Assembly (NCBI GenBank): GCA_963666835.2
Contig: CAXXGO010000003.1
Coordinates: 681,980-745,979 of the forward strand
DNA from: Phycisphaerae bacterium
GTDB lineage: Bacteria; Planctomycetota; Phycisphaerae; UBA1845
Length of the DNA stretch: 64,000 nt
Direction of reading: 5' to 3'
Positions 1 through 10,100 of this stretch are shown here, one piece after another. Position 1 is the stretch's first letter. Every line of letters begins with the position of its first letter. The notes beneath the pieces are model-generated. The model was not told the origin of the DNA and did no database searches. It worked only from the letters and a program-made list of their open reading frames with translations. The position numbers and the translations under genes were made by a program.

Positions 1-1219
1 TGAAGCCGTGGATCTGCACCACCTCGGCGCGCACCTCATACGTCCTATGGAACAGGGTGATTTCCTTGACCCCGTCCGCCAGCCTTCGTCCGAGAGTATG
101 AGCCGCCTGATATCCGGCGATTAGAATCGTGTTCTTCGGATCCTCTACGTTGTTCTTGATGTGGTGACGAATCCGGCCGGCCTCGCACATCCCGCTAGCC
201 GAGAGAATCGCGCACGGCTCCTTCTTGCGGTGGAGAGCCTTGCTGTCCTCCACATCGCGGACAAATGTGCAGCAACTCGGCCCCAGAAGATCGCCGGTCA
301 TCCTCTGCAACTGCCGAGCGTCAGCATCGTAGCACTCCGGGTGCATCAGAAAGACCTCCGTAGCGTTCACTGCCAAGGGGCTGTCAACATAAACCGGATG
401 ACGCGGGATCCGCCCCGCCTCTATTTCCTCCTGGAGGTAATAGGCAATCGTCTGGGTCCGCCCGACGGAGAACGCCGGGATGATCACCTTCCCGCCCCGA
501 TCGTAAGTCCGTTGCACCACGCGGATCAGCTCTTCTCGGGCCTCCTCCGCCGACTCGTTGAGCCGGCTGCCGTAGGTGCTCTCGCAGATAATCGTCTTAC
601 ACGGCGGAAACGGCTGCGGATCACGAATGATCGGTTTGTCCGGACGCCCTACGTCCCCGGTAAAGAAGACGGACGGGGTCTGTCCGTTTCGTTTCGCGAA
701 ATCCAACCGCACACCTGCCGACCCGAGCATGTGCCCGGCATCCTGCAGGCACCCCAGCATACCCGGCACAACCTGGAACATCCGACCGTACGAGACCCCC
801 TGCATTTGCGAAACTGCCGCAACGGCATCGGTGTGATCGTAGAGCGGCTCCACTGCCTCAAGCCCCTGGCGGCGGCGCTTCTTGTTGACGTAGTACACGT
901 CTTCCTGCTGAATGAAAGCGGAATCCGGCAACATGATCGCGCACAAATCACGCGTGGCCGGGGTGCAGTAAATCGGACCGGTAAAACCGTCACGTACCAG
1001 CCTCGGCAACCGCCCCGAATGATCAATGTGTGCGTGCGAGAGGATCACGGCGGATATCTCCGACGGATCCACCGGCCACTCCCGGTTCTTTGCTTCGGTC
1101 TCACTGCGGCGACCGTGATAAAGACCGCAGTCCAGTGCAACCCATCGACCGTCCGCCCGAACCATGTGCATCGATCCGGTTACCTCTTCCGCCGCTCCGT
1201 GAAACAGCAATTCCGCCAT
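1..1219 (-). CDS. MBL-fold metallo-hydrolase, beta-CASP RNA-processing family (runs off left edge)
   Basis: Manual translation of the minus strand starts MAELLFHGAAEEVTGSMH (ATG at 1219) and ends ...YEVRAEVVQIHGF at the edge. These are typical N- and C-terminal motifs of beta-CASP nucleases. Absent from the ORF track because the stop lies outside the window. Confidence 0.85.
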   Translation of the reverse strand, partial: MAELLFHGAAEEVTGSMHMVRADGRWVALDCGLYHGRRSETEAKNREWPVDPSEISAVILSHAHIDHSGRLPRLVRDGFTGPIYCTPATRDLCAIMLPDSAFIQQEDVYYVNKKRRRQGLEAVEPLYDHTDAVAAVSQMQGVSYGRMFQVVPGMLGCLQDAGHMLGSAGVRLDFAKRNGQTPSVFFTGDVGRPDKPIIRDPQPFPPCKTIICESTYGSRLNESAEEAREELIRVVQRTYDRGGKVIIPAFSVGRTQTIAYYLQEEIEAGRIPRHPVYVDSPLAVNATEVFLMHPECYDADARQLQRMTGDLLGPSCCTFVRDVEDSKALHRKKEPCAILSASGMCEAGRIRHHIKNNVEDPKNTILIAGYQAAHTLGRRLADGVKEITLFHRTYEVRAEVVQIHGF

Positions 1220-1591
1220 AATGCCGCTCTCCTTCTGACTCGGCAGCCTCTCTCAACCACCGGCCACTATACCAACACGCGGCCGGCACGCGAACCGCGG
1301 CAACATCCGCGGGCCCACCAAACGCCGGACAGGTCGGACCGCTCGGGCGATTCACCGCAACCACCGCCGCATCCGATCGTGGTTTGACATCACTCCTGAA
1401 CCGACCCATGTCCAGCTACGGTGCCATTGCTGGACCTGCGAAAGAACCTATGCTACGTTGAGCCAAGGTTCTGGGGGGTGCCACTGCTCTTGACCAGTGC
1501 CGGGATGAAGCACGATGCAGATTGAACCGGAACCTCCACGGGCGACAAAGCCCTGGTCGGCTTCACGGTCTTCTCGGGCTGAACGGAGAGT

Positions 1592-2569
1592 ATGATGGAG
1601 TCTCCCAGAGAACGCTCATCTGCAACAGACGAGCCCACGCGAATCGCGATTAGTGGATCATCGGGGCTTGTCGGGAGAGCGGCTTCTGCCGTTCTTGGCG
1701 AGCGTGAATATCAGATTGACCGGATCGTGCGCACGACCACCGACCCACGCAGCGGGCGGATCTTCTGGGATCCGGCTCGCGAAGTCGTTGACCGCGAAGC
1801 CCTCGAAGGAGTCGACGCGGTCGTACACCTGGCCGGCGAGAACATCGCCAAAGGACGGTGGACCCCCGCCCGCAAGGAGGCAATCCGCAGCAGTCGCGTC
1901 CGCGGAACGGGTCTTCTCTGCAGGACGCTCGGCGAGCTCCGTACGCCGCCGCGGGTAATCGTAGTGGCATCGGCAGTCGGCTACTACGGCGACCGCGGTA
2001 ACGAGCTGGTGACGGAAGACAGCCCGCCGGGCAGTGGGTTCCTGGCCCAGGTCTGCCGGGAATGGGAAGACGCCGCGCAGCCTGCGCGCGACGCCGGAAT
2101 CAGAGTTGTCCATCTGCGGATCGGCGTAGTGCTGTCATCCAACGGGGGTGTGTTGGCGAGAATGCTGCCAGTGTTCAAACTGGGATTGGGCGGGCGATTG
2201 GGGAACGGTCGCCAATACATGAGCTGGATAGCTCTACCCGACTTGGTCGAAGTCATCCATCACGTTCTGGCTTCGGACAACCTCAACGGTCCGATCAACG
2301 CCGTTTCGCCGAACCCCGTAACGAATAAGGAGTTCACGGCGACGCTCGGACGTATCCTGCGGCGCCCCACGGTGCTTGCGGTCCCGGCTTCGATTCTACG
2401 GATGGGCTTGGGACAGATGGGCGACGACTTACTGCTTGCCGGCACCCGCGCGGACCCGACACGGCTTGGCGAAGCGGGCTTCCGTTTCGAGTATCCACTG
2501 CTCGCCGACGCTCTTCGCCACGAATTGGGTCTCGGAGTCTCCGCCTGCACGGGCAGTGCCAGAGCGTAG
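1592..2569 (+). CDS. TIGR01777/YfcH-family NAD-dependent epimerase-like oxidoreductase
   Basis: GSSGLVG Rossmann motif, VHLAGENI, SAVGYYG, FLAQVCREWE, GLGGRLGNGRQYMSWI. Confidence 0.9.
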   Translation: MMESPRERSSATDEPTRIAISGSSGLVGRAASAVLGEREYQIDRIVRTTTDPRSGRIFWDPAREVVDREALEGVDAVVHLAGENIAKGRWTPARKEAIRSSRVRGTGLLCRTLGELRTPPRVIVVASAVGYYGDRGNELVTEDSPPGSGFLAQVCREWEDAAQPARDAGIRVVHLRIGVVLSSNGGVLARMLPVFKLGLGGRLGNGRQYMSWIALPDLVEVIHHVLASDNLNGPINAVSPNPVTNKEFTATLGRILRRPTVLAVPASILRMGLGQMGDDLLLAGTRADPTRLGEAGFRFEYPLLADALRHELGLGVSACTGSARA

Positions 2570-2792
2570 GCACATCAGTCGCAACGATCCCACCTTCAGT
2601 TGCGGTCCGTACGCGCAGGCCGATGGTCCGAGAACCGCGCCGGTGCCCTGCCCGTTAAACGTCTGCACCGCTGAGATACGCACGGTCCCAGAACCTCGAT
2701 TGCCCTCGGCGTCAGCACGATTCACTATTATGGGATCCTGGTCCAGGCTCCGGCGTGTCTCCGACATATTTCGAGTTGCGGCCAATCCCGTT

Positions 2793-2819
2793 TCAGTCTG
2801 CGGCAACGCCCACCGATAC
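2793..2819 (+). promoter_or_regulatory. Possible sigma-28 (FliA)-type promoter upstream of cheX
   Basis: TCAG-N15-ACCGATAC resembles the TAAA-N15-GCCGATAA consensus, ~90 nt upstream of a chemotaxis gene. Confidence 0.3.
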
Positions 2820-2910
2820 AAACCTGGAGACAACTCCAGACCGCTAATCGTGCACCGGCAGGTAGGGGCCGGCTCGCGACCGAAAGGCACTGTCAAGGGG
2901 AGGTTGGTTA

Positions 2911-3420
2911 ATGGACGTCCGCTACGTCAACCCATTTATTAAGTCGATCTGCAACACTCTCGAGATGATGTGCAGCCAAAAGACTACGGTTGGACGACCG
3001 GCGCTGAAGACCCCAGAGTGCATGTCCGGTAGTGACGTGTCGAGCATCATCGGGTTCTCGGGCGACGCGGCCGGCAGCGTAGTCCTCCACTTTTCTTTCG
3101 ACACGGCATCGAAGCTTGCGTCGTCATTCGCAGGTATCGATATCACACCTGACCACGCGGACTTTGCCGATGCTCTCGGCGAACTCGCCAACATGGTAGC
3201 AGGGGGAGCAAAGGCTCAGTTCGAAGGCCTGGACGTCTCGATCTCCCTCCCCAACGTCGTCGTTGGTAAGAACCACAACGTTTCAGCATCCAAGACGAGC
3301 CCCCGGATCATAATCCCTTGCAGTTGCGAATCGGGGAATTTCGAAGTCGAAGTGGGCATGGAAATCAAAAAGCCGACAGGCGTTGCCGCTGCCGGCGCAG
3401 CCTCAGGAGCAAACGCGTGA
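2911..3420 (+). CDS. cheX: Chemotaxis phosphatase CheX
   Basis: YVNPFI N-terminus, SSIIGFSGD, DALGELANMVAG (ExxN motif), ISLPNVVVG. Confidence 0.9.
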   Translation: MDVRYVNPFIKSICNTLEMMCSQKTTVGRPALKTPECMSGSDVSSIIGFSGDAAGSVVLHFSFDTASKLASSFAGIDITPDHADFADALGELANMVAGGAKAQFEGLDVSISLPNVVVGKNHNVSASKTSPRIIIPCSCESGNFEVEVGMEIKKPTGVAAAGAASGANA

Positions 3421-3791
3421 AAATCCTACTCGTCGACGACTCGCGTACCATCCGCAATATTCAGAAGAACGTCCTCAAGCAGCTCGGCCACACAGACATC
3501 CTGGAAGCCGAAGATGGAGTCAAGGCGCTGGAAATCTGGGGCCAACAAACCCCTGACCTCGCCCTAGTCGATTGGAACATGCCGAACATGGACGGCATCA
3601 CCTTCGTCCGCAAGATCCGCGAACAGAACACAACCGTTCCACTGATTATGTGCACCACCGAGGCAGAAAAGACCCGGGTAATCGAGGCCATCAAAGCCGG
3701 AGTGAACAACTACATTGTGAAGCCGTTCACCGTGGAATCGCTCGGCGAGAAGATCTCAGAGACCATGGCGAAGGCCGGCGCCCCCGCGTAG
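3417..3791 (+). CDS. cheY: CheY-like single-domain response regulator
   Basis: GTG start overlaps the cheX stop (GTGA). Motifs KILLVDDS, DWNMPNMDG, MCTTE, YIVKPF. Confidence 0.9.
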   Translation: MKILLVDDSRTIRNIQKNVLKQLGHTDILEAEDGVKALEIWGQQTPDLALVDWNMPNMDGITFVRKIREQNTTVPLIMCTTEAEKTRVIEAIKAGVNNYIVKPFTVESLGEKISETMAKAGAPA

Positions 3792-3815
3792 CGGATAGTC
3801 GAACCGAACCGCCCG

Positions 3816-4172
3816 TCAGCCCCCTTTCGAAACAAGCGAGGCCGATGCGTCCACGGCAAGCCCGGTGGCCGCGTCGACCACCGTCGGGGTCTCATGCAGC
3901 CGCTCCTTCATCACCCGTCCGACTTTAAACTTGACTGTGCGCTTTGAGGGCACTTGGACTTTCTTCATGGTCTTGGGGTTCTGCGCTTGTCGCGCTGCCC
4001 GTACCTTGCTCTCGAACACACCGAAGTCCCGAAATTCCAGGCGATTGCCTTCGCCCAGCTCCTCGACGATAGAGTCAAGGAACGCTTGGATGATCCGTTT
4101 AACGAGGACCCGCTTACAGCCTTCGCGCTCCGAGATCCGATCGATAAGTTCCTTCTTGGTGACTGTCGCCAT
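3816..4172 (-). CDS. HU/IHF-family DNA-binding protein
   Basis: TKKELI, RLEFRDFGVF, ARQAQNPKT, TVKFKVG. Confidence 0.92.
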   Translation of the reverse strand: MATVTKKELIDRISEREGCKRVLVKRIIQAFLDSIVEELGEGNRLEFRDFGVFESKVRAARQAQNPKTMKKVQVPSKRTVKFKVGRVMKERLHETPTVVDAATGLAVDASASLVSKGG

Positions 4173-4427
4173 GTCGCTATCCCAATGCGCCCACTACGAG
4201 AGGATGACGGCGATACTCTGCGTCAATCCCCGCCGCTAGTAAAGGAGAACCTCCACCGAATCGCTCATAGAAACAAGCGGACTACTGACAATGTCCGATT
4301 ACCCAAGTGTTCGCAAGTCATACTACTGAAACAGGTTCCCGCGATCAAGGCCCCGGGGCGCAGGTTCTGACGGGCCTGTCCAACACAATGTGACGAGACG
4401 AAACCGCGGCGTCTTGCGCGCAGAAAG

Positions 4428-4739
4428 TCAGCGCGTGATGCGGCCGGTACGTACCCCGTCGAACCTGCGATAATAGAAGTCTCGCTGCCTGGGAAACCAA
4501 CCCTGGCGATCGATGATTGTCTCGCGAAACTCGATTACCTCGCCCAGCGATGTCGCGGCCGTCGTCGAGGGCCAATCGGAACGCTGGACGTCGAATGTGG
4601 GTGCGTGTGTCCAATTCGCGCTGAACAGAAGGTCGGTGGCGGGCGGGCGGTTCTGCGTCATTCGGCGATCTGGCGCGGAGCATCCGCCCAAGACTACGCA
4701 GACCAGTAGACAACAAGTGATTAACGTCGCACGTCCCAT
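4428..4739 (-). CDS. Small hypothetical lipoprotein
   Basis: Hydrophobic N-terminus with lipobox LGGC; GGAGAGG ribosome-binding site upstream. Confidence 0.55.
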   Translation of the reverse strand: MGRATLITCCLLVCVVLGGCSAPDRRMTQNRPPATDLLFSANWTHAPTFDVQRSDWPSTTAATSLGEVIEFRETIIDRQGWFPRQRDFYYRRFDGVRTGRITR

Positions 4740-5073
4740 ATTGACCCCTCTCCGGGGGCGAATGCGCCAAAGCCCCTTATAGCCGGCAGACCACTATCCG
4801 TGCCGTCCTCGCGCGCTGCGGCGTATGTCCGAAATTACCCGTTACGTGGAGCGAATCACCCAAAAACGTGTCCGGCTGAAACGTCTCCGTCAAGCAGGCG
4901 GAATTTGCCGGTTCTAACGGTTCGTAGCCTCGGAAGGCCCAAACCCGTCGGAGGAACAACATTCAACCCGACGGGCGAGACACTCGAATTGCGATGGACG
5001 GCAACCAGGCATAGCATGCGCCCCGTCAAACGGCGTCTCTATCGGCGGCAGGCTAGAAACGGAGAGCTCTCGG

Positions 5074-6507
5074 GTGCTTAGAATCAAAATCAGTGATGGC
5101 GCACAAGATAAATTGGAAGTTCTGTTAACCTTCGCGTACGCGCCGCGCGAGCCGATCGCGGGTAGCGTCAGCGCCAATGTTGGCGAGATCACCATTACCA
5201 ACCGAGGAAAGACCGGCAGGAAGACTGCTCGCTTGACTGCAGAGGTCTCCCTGGGAGCCCAGCAGGAATGCACCGCGGAGACCATCCGCAGGGCCGCCGG
5301 AGCCGTCGCCGATTGGATCGGGAAACACCACATTCGGCGGGCCGGCGTCACACTTCCCGAATCTGAGGGTCTGAACGCGGACGATTCCGTAATAGCCGTT
5401 TGCGAGGGGCTGGCTCTGGGTTCGTTCACGTTCGATCGCCATCAGTCTCCCCAACGGCCTTCTCCCGCGCCTGTCGTTCATCTGCTCAAACCCACCGACC
5501 CGGCGCAAACGCGACGCCTCGTGCGTGAGAGCAACGCCCTGTCTGAAGCGGTGAACCTCGCCCGAGAATGGGGGCACGAGCCGCCCAACGTGCTGAATCC
5601 GGTCTCACTGGCGACCCGGGTACGCAAGATGGCCCGCGCGGCGTCCTTACGCTGCACCGTCTACGATCAGAAGAAACTGGCGGCGATGAAAGCCGGGGCC
5701 ATCCTGGCGGTGGGATCGGGAAGCAAGACGCCTTCGCGGCTGATTGTCCTCGAATACCCAGGCGCAGGCCGCGCGAAACCACCGCGCCCGATCGTCTTGG
5801 TGGGCAAGGCTATTACCTTCGACACCGGGGGCTACTCGCTGAAGGACAAGAACAACATCGTAGGAATGAAATACGACAAGTGCGGCGGGATGGCCGTGAT
5901 TGGGGTGATGAAGGCCGCTGCGGCTCTCAAGCTGCGAACTCCGCTCGTTGGAATCGTAGCGGCGGCAGAGAACATGATCTCCGGGCGAGCGTACCGTCCC
6001 AACGACATCATCAAGACGATGAGCGGCAAGACCGTCGAGATCATCAGCACCGACGCGGAAGGTCGCCTGGTTCTCGCCGATGCCTTGACCTTCGCTCAGC
6101 AACGGTACAAACCTAAGACGATCATCGACCTGGCGACCTTGACCGGTGGCGTCGTAGTGTCATTGGGCTCGGTGCGGGCCGGTTTGTTCGCCAACGACGA
6201 CAAGCTGGCCGAACAGCTTCTCTCGGCGGGGGACCGGGTATACGAGCGTCTCTGGCGTCTCCCGCTCGACGAAGAATACGGTGAGTCAATCAAGGGCGAT
6301 GACAGCGACTTGAAGAACTCTGCGGGGCGCGCGGGGCACGCCCCCATCGCCGCCAACTTCCTTATGCAGTTCATTCAGAAGAACATCGCCTGGGCCCATC
6401 TCGACATTGCCGGCACGGCCGATTGCGAGAAGGCGCTGCCGTATTGCCCCAAGGGGGCCACCGGCTTCGGTGTGCGGTTGTTGATCGAGTACCTTCGCAA
6501 TCTGTAG
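5074..6507 (+). CDS. pepA: Leucyl aminopeptidase (M17)
   Basis: GKAITFDTGG, MKYDKCG, STDAEGRL, DLATLTG, WAHLDIAG. Confidence 0.95.
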   Translation: MLRIKISDGAQDKLEVLLTFAYAPREPIAGSVSANVGEITITNRGKTGRKTARLTAEVSLGAQQECTAETIRRAAGAVADWIGKHHIRRAGVTLPESEGLNADDSVIAVCEGLALGSFTFDRHQSPQRPSPAPVVHLLKPTDPAQTRRLVRESNALSEAVNLAREWGHEPPNVLNPVSLATRVRKMARAASLRCTVYDQKKLAAMKAGAILAVGSGSKTPSRLIVLEYPGAGRAKPPRPIVLVGKAITFDTGGYSLKDKNNIVGMKYDKCGGMAVIGVMKAAAALKLRTPLVGIVAAAENMISGRAYRPNDIIKTMSGKTVEIISTDAEGRLVLADALTFAQQRYKPKTIIDLATLTGGVVVSLGSVRAGLFANDDKLAEQLLSAGDRVYERLWRLPLDEEYGESIKGDDSDLKNSAGRAGHAPIAANFLMQFIQKNIAWAHLDIAGTADCEKALPYCPKGATGFGVRLLIEYLRNL

Positions 6508-7055
6508 GCTGGACCGGACACCGCGCGAACGCCCGGACCCGCAAACTGGGAGACGTCCGGGCGGCGCTTAATCTTTGCCGCGGCAGAAGACCCAGCGGCG
6601 TCCTCACCCCCTCAGACAGGCACGTCACCAAGACGCCGTGACGGCTCCGGCCGTTGCCGTTCGAACGGTCGGATAACCCCGAAGCTCAAAGCTTGCCGCC
6701 GCCGCAGTCCCATAATTCGAGCCGACGGCAACGTCCGATATTAGTGACAGTGGATGGCACTATCACAACGTCCGGTAAGCCTCGCATAGGCGTATGGCAT
6801 CTGCCGACATTTCCGGCCATTGACAGGAGTGCCGTTATGGCGTCGTTCGTTAAGCTTGGATTATCACGCTCAGCGCACAGACCGCGACATCCTTGCCAAA
6901 GGGGCGGCACTTGCGGTATGATAAGGCGTCGCCCACCCCAGGTGGAGCGCGAATAGTACAACCGGCAAAGGACGTTGCCGTCGCGACCCCGGGCCGCACA
7001 CTGTGCGTGCCAACGCGATGTCAGCACCTTTGAATAGAGTGAGGGGATTGGGAAG

Positions 7056-7673
7056 ATGGCACAGAAGATGACTTGTCGAGTTGCGGGGCTGGTAGGCGTG
7101 TGGCTTCTGGTAATGACAATTGCCAACCCGGCGATGGCCGTACTTCAGGTTGATGATTTCGAGGTCGGCGAGGTCGGCGGGTTCGACAATCCGGTATTCG
7201 TCCACAACATCGGCCCCGACGAGTTGTATCAATACGCACCGGTCTTCAACGGTTTCTATGTCGGATCGCCGATATCTCCCAATCATGCCCTCTTTCTCAG
7301 TCCGGGCACCGACTACATCACGTTCAATCTCAATGCCGGCGAGTTTGTCGACTACGCCTCCGTCTGGGCGCTCAGGGTCGTTCCTTACGACGAAGGCGTG
7401 ACCATGCTCCACGCCATTGGAGTGGACAGCACCGGGCGGCCATTGGAATACACCGTCGCCGCCCCCGCCCCAACCGGGTCGGCGGAGTGGGTGTTTTTGG
7501 ATACTACCGGAGCCGGTTTCGCGGAGATTACCGAAGTCCGGCTGACCGGGCTCTCTAAGAGCCATTTTGACGACCTCGCCATCAACGTCGTACCCGAGCC
7601 GGCTACCCTGGGGATGCTCGCTCTGGGCGCGGGCGCATTGGCCTGGATGAAACGCCGCCGGCTGCAGCGCTAG
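7056..7673 (+). CDS. Secreted PEP-CTERM protein
   Basis: Signal peptide; C-terminal VPEPAT, then a transmembrane segment and basic tail KRRR. Confidence 0.9.
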   Translation: MAQKMTCRVAGLVGVWLLVMTIANPAMAVLQVDDFEVGEVGGFDNPVFVHNIGPDELYQYAPVFNGFYVGSPISPNHALFLSPGTDYITFNLNAGEFVDYASVWALRVVPYDEGVTMLHAIGVDSTGRPLEYTVAAPAPTGSAEWVFLDTTGAGFAEITEVRLTGLSKSHFDDLAINVVPEPATLGMLALGAGALAWMKRRRLQR

Positions 7674-8055
7674 CTGCTTGGCACACGTGAGGGGCCGGGT
7701 TCGGTCCACAGCGTACCGCGTCCCCGGACTGCTCAAGAGCGGTAGCACACCCGCTGTCGTAGTGGGAGCAGGCGGCGCCGCGCCGGACTATTCCAAACGC
7801 AATCGGCCGGCAACACGGCAGGCTCAACTATCGGACGGGGCCACCCCGGCAGTTTGTATGTTCTTGTCAACACGCCTGAATTGCTCCACATCCAGCGCCC
7901 ATTCGAGGGCAAAACAGGCTATCATATTGTTGCAGGGGACGCGGTTTCTGCCGTCACGGCAGAAACGCGGAGGTTGAACCGGACCCGCTGGGTCCGGGAT
8001 GGCGGGTCTGCCATCACTGTTTGCAGGGTGCTCGCGCAGAGCGCTCGGGGGTAAT

Positions 8056-8967
8056 ATGACTGCTCGACATCCGGTGCTTCCGGTCTTGTTTGCGCTGGCT
8101 TCGGTCTCAGTGCTTGTTCTGTGCGCCCAGGGTAATGCGGCGCCCGAGGGAGCGAATCCGGGGCCGTCTGATCTCGTAATCCCAACGGCAGCCTCAGTTA
8201 CCTTGCCAAACCCGACGCCGGCGGTGTTTGATGGGAGATACCTCTACTTCGTCTCGAACGAAGGAGTTGACCTCCGAGATGCCTCAGCCTGTCGCTACGA
8301 TACTACAGGGAGCATTGACGACCCCTCGTCGTGGGCGACGTTTCCCCTGACCAACAGTGCGGCGATGAACCTCTCGGCCGCGGTCTTCGATGGTCGGTTC
8401 GCGTATTTCAAAGGCGTAAGCCGCCGGCTTCCACCGGCGGACGTGGTCGCTCGCTTCGATACCACAAGGTCCTTTGCCAGCACCGAAGCTTGGGAGACAT
8501 TCAGAGCGGGGGAACACTCTGACAGCAGCGTATCAACAGCACCTTTTGCCGGCTTCCTCACCGACGATTACGTGTGCTTCCCCCAGGCTAACAAGAACGA
8601 CTCTCCCGGAAACGAAGTACTCCGATTCGACACAAAAGGCGCGTTTTCGGACCCCGCTTCCTGGGACCGCCACGTGGTCGCTTCCATCGATGAACATCGC
8701 CCGGGCGGAGCGCACGGGCTCCGGTACATTCAGCTCGATCCGCAGCGGTGGCGACCACTGACCGAAATAGCCCCGCTGGGCGTCTCGACGCGCGAAACCT
8801 CGCCCCTCACTCCCGTGCAATGGAGTCTGGTCGGTCTGTCCTTGGTCATCCTGACAGCCATGATGTCACGTGCCCGCTACCGCAGAGACGAATGTCAGGG
8901 CTTCGACGAGAATAGAATGACGTCCTTCCGAAGCTGCACTTCCTCTCGGTGCTCATTCCGGAGATAG
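8056..8967 (+). CDS. Secreted repeat protein (FDGRY/RYDT..W repeats) with C-terminal membrane anchor
   Basis: Signal peptide from ATG 8056; three repeats of (F/Y)DT..F.D..SW; C-terminal TM segment plus basic residues. Confidence 0.65.
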   Translation: MTARHPVLPVLFALASVSVLVLCAQGNAAPEGANPGPSDLVIPTAASVTLPNPTPAVFDGRYLYFVSNEGVDLRDASACRYDTTGSIDDPSSWATFPLTNSAAMNLSAAVFDGRFAYFKGVSRRLPPADVVARFDTTRSFASTEAWETFRAGEHSDSSVSTAPFAGFLTDDYVCFPQANKNDSPGNEVLRFDTKGAFSDPASWDRHVVASIDEHRPGGAHGLRYIQLDPQRWRPLTEIAPLGVSTRETSPLTPVQWSLVGLSLVILTAMMSRARYRRDECQGFDENRMTSFRSCTSSRCSFRR

Positions 8968-9035
8968 TACTCGCATCTGCGCGGCCTCGGCGGCAACTCG
9001 CAGAATACGGGTCTAACTGGAGTTGAGTCGACCTG

Positions 9036-9803
9036 ATGGCCGCTATCGTGCTCTTGCTCATCGCACTCGGCGTCGCCTGCGGCGCGTACGGATATTTTCG
9101 CGGCGGGATGCGGCTCGGCGTGAGCTTACTTCCGCCGATCGTCGTTGCGGCCGCCTTCTGGCTCTTCGGAGCAACCTGCTTCGGGATGGCGTCCGTTCGC
9201 AACTACGGCTTGGTCTGGCCGGCCCTCCTCATCCTCGTACCGAGCCTGACGGCGGGCCTGGGCATTCGGTATCTAATTCAGCGACGACTGCCCAAACGCG
9301 TACACATGGTCGACCGAGCAGCGGGAGCCCTGGCCGGGCTGGTTGGCTCACTGCTGCTGGCGTGGTTGGGATGCGTGCAATTCGCGATTCTGGCAGCAGC
9401 TCGCGACCCCGGCCGAGAGGATGGACCGGCCATACTCTTCGCCCGAGCCGTCAACGGAGCGTTCATTCAGCGAATCCCGATAGTGGGCTCCGGTGGCCGG
9501 ACTATGATGAACCTACTCGAGATCGCTACCGCGGAGGAAAGCGTGCGCCGGGCTGCTGTCGTGGAGCTGGGGCTCGACCGACTGCGCGAGCTGCCGGAAA
9601 TGCAAGCGATTCTCTCCGATACGGCCACCCAGGCTGACATCGAGGCCGCAGCCAAGGGCAACCTCTCGGCCCTGTGGCGCTTGCAACGCAACGCGCAGAT
9701 TCTGCGGCTTTTCGACAATGAAGAGATGGCTGCGGCGGTAAGCCGGCGTACGCTTGACGAGCTCGCTGACGGGGTTCGCAGAGCGAAGGGCGCCGGAGAC
9801 TAA
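9036..9803 (+). CDS. CvpA-like membrane protein
   Basis: GYFRGG after TM1 and DRAAGALAGLVG motif; four TM segments followed by a soluble domain. Confidence 0.6.
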   Translation: MAAIVLLLIALGVACGAYGYFRGGMRLGVSLLPPIVVAAAFWLFGATCFGMASVRNYGLVWPALLILVPSLTAGLGIRYLIQRRLPKRVHMVDRAAGALAGLVGSLLLAWLGCVQFAILAAARDPGREDGPAILFARAVNGAFIQRIPIVGSGGRTMMNLLEIATAEESVRRAAVVELGLDRLRELPEMQAILSDTATQADIEAAAKGNLSALWRLQRNAQILRLFDNEEMAAAVSRRTLDELADGVRRAKGAGD

Positions 9804-10100
9804 TCGCGTTCAGCCGAGTCGCAGCGTTCAGAGCCGACATTCAATCCCACGGGAGGAAGCCCCGCCCTGCCCGGCTCCGCTCTTCTTCTTCAAACGGACC
9901 GCTGGGCCTTTAACGGGACGACCGGCCCGGCCTGCTGAGTCCGCAGCGGGCGTAACACCAACGTAACGGTATGGCCGATGGGCGATCGGTGGACTTCGAA
10001 GGGGACCCAACTATAGTACGTCTGGCGGTTACGTACCGGTCACGGCATTTTCCGACCGTCGGGGAACCGCCGCCCCGGAAACCCGGTTGCGACTAGTCGT

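Noticed and set aside
161..1387. 408-aa plus-strand ORF
   Set aside because: Antisense shadow of the beta-CASP nuclease on the minus strand; no motifs.
9810..10020. GC-rich intergenic region as a possible RNase P, 6S or riboswitch RNA
   Set aside because: No complete conserved motif set could be recognised by eye; a covariance-model search would be needed.
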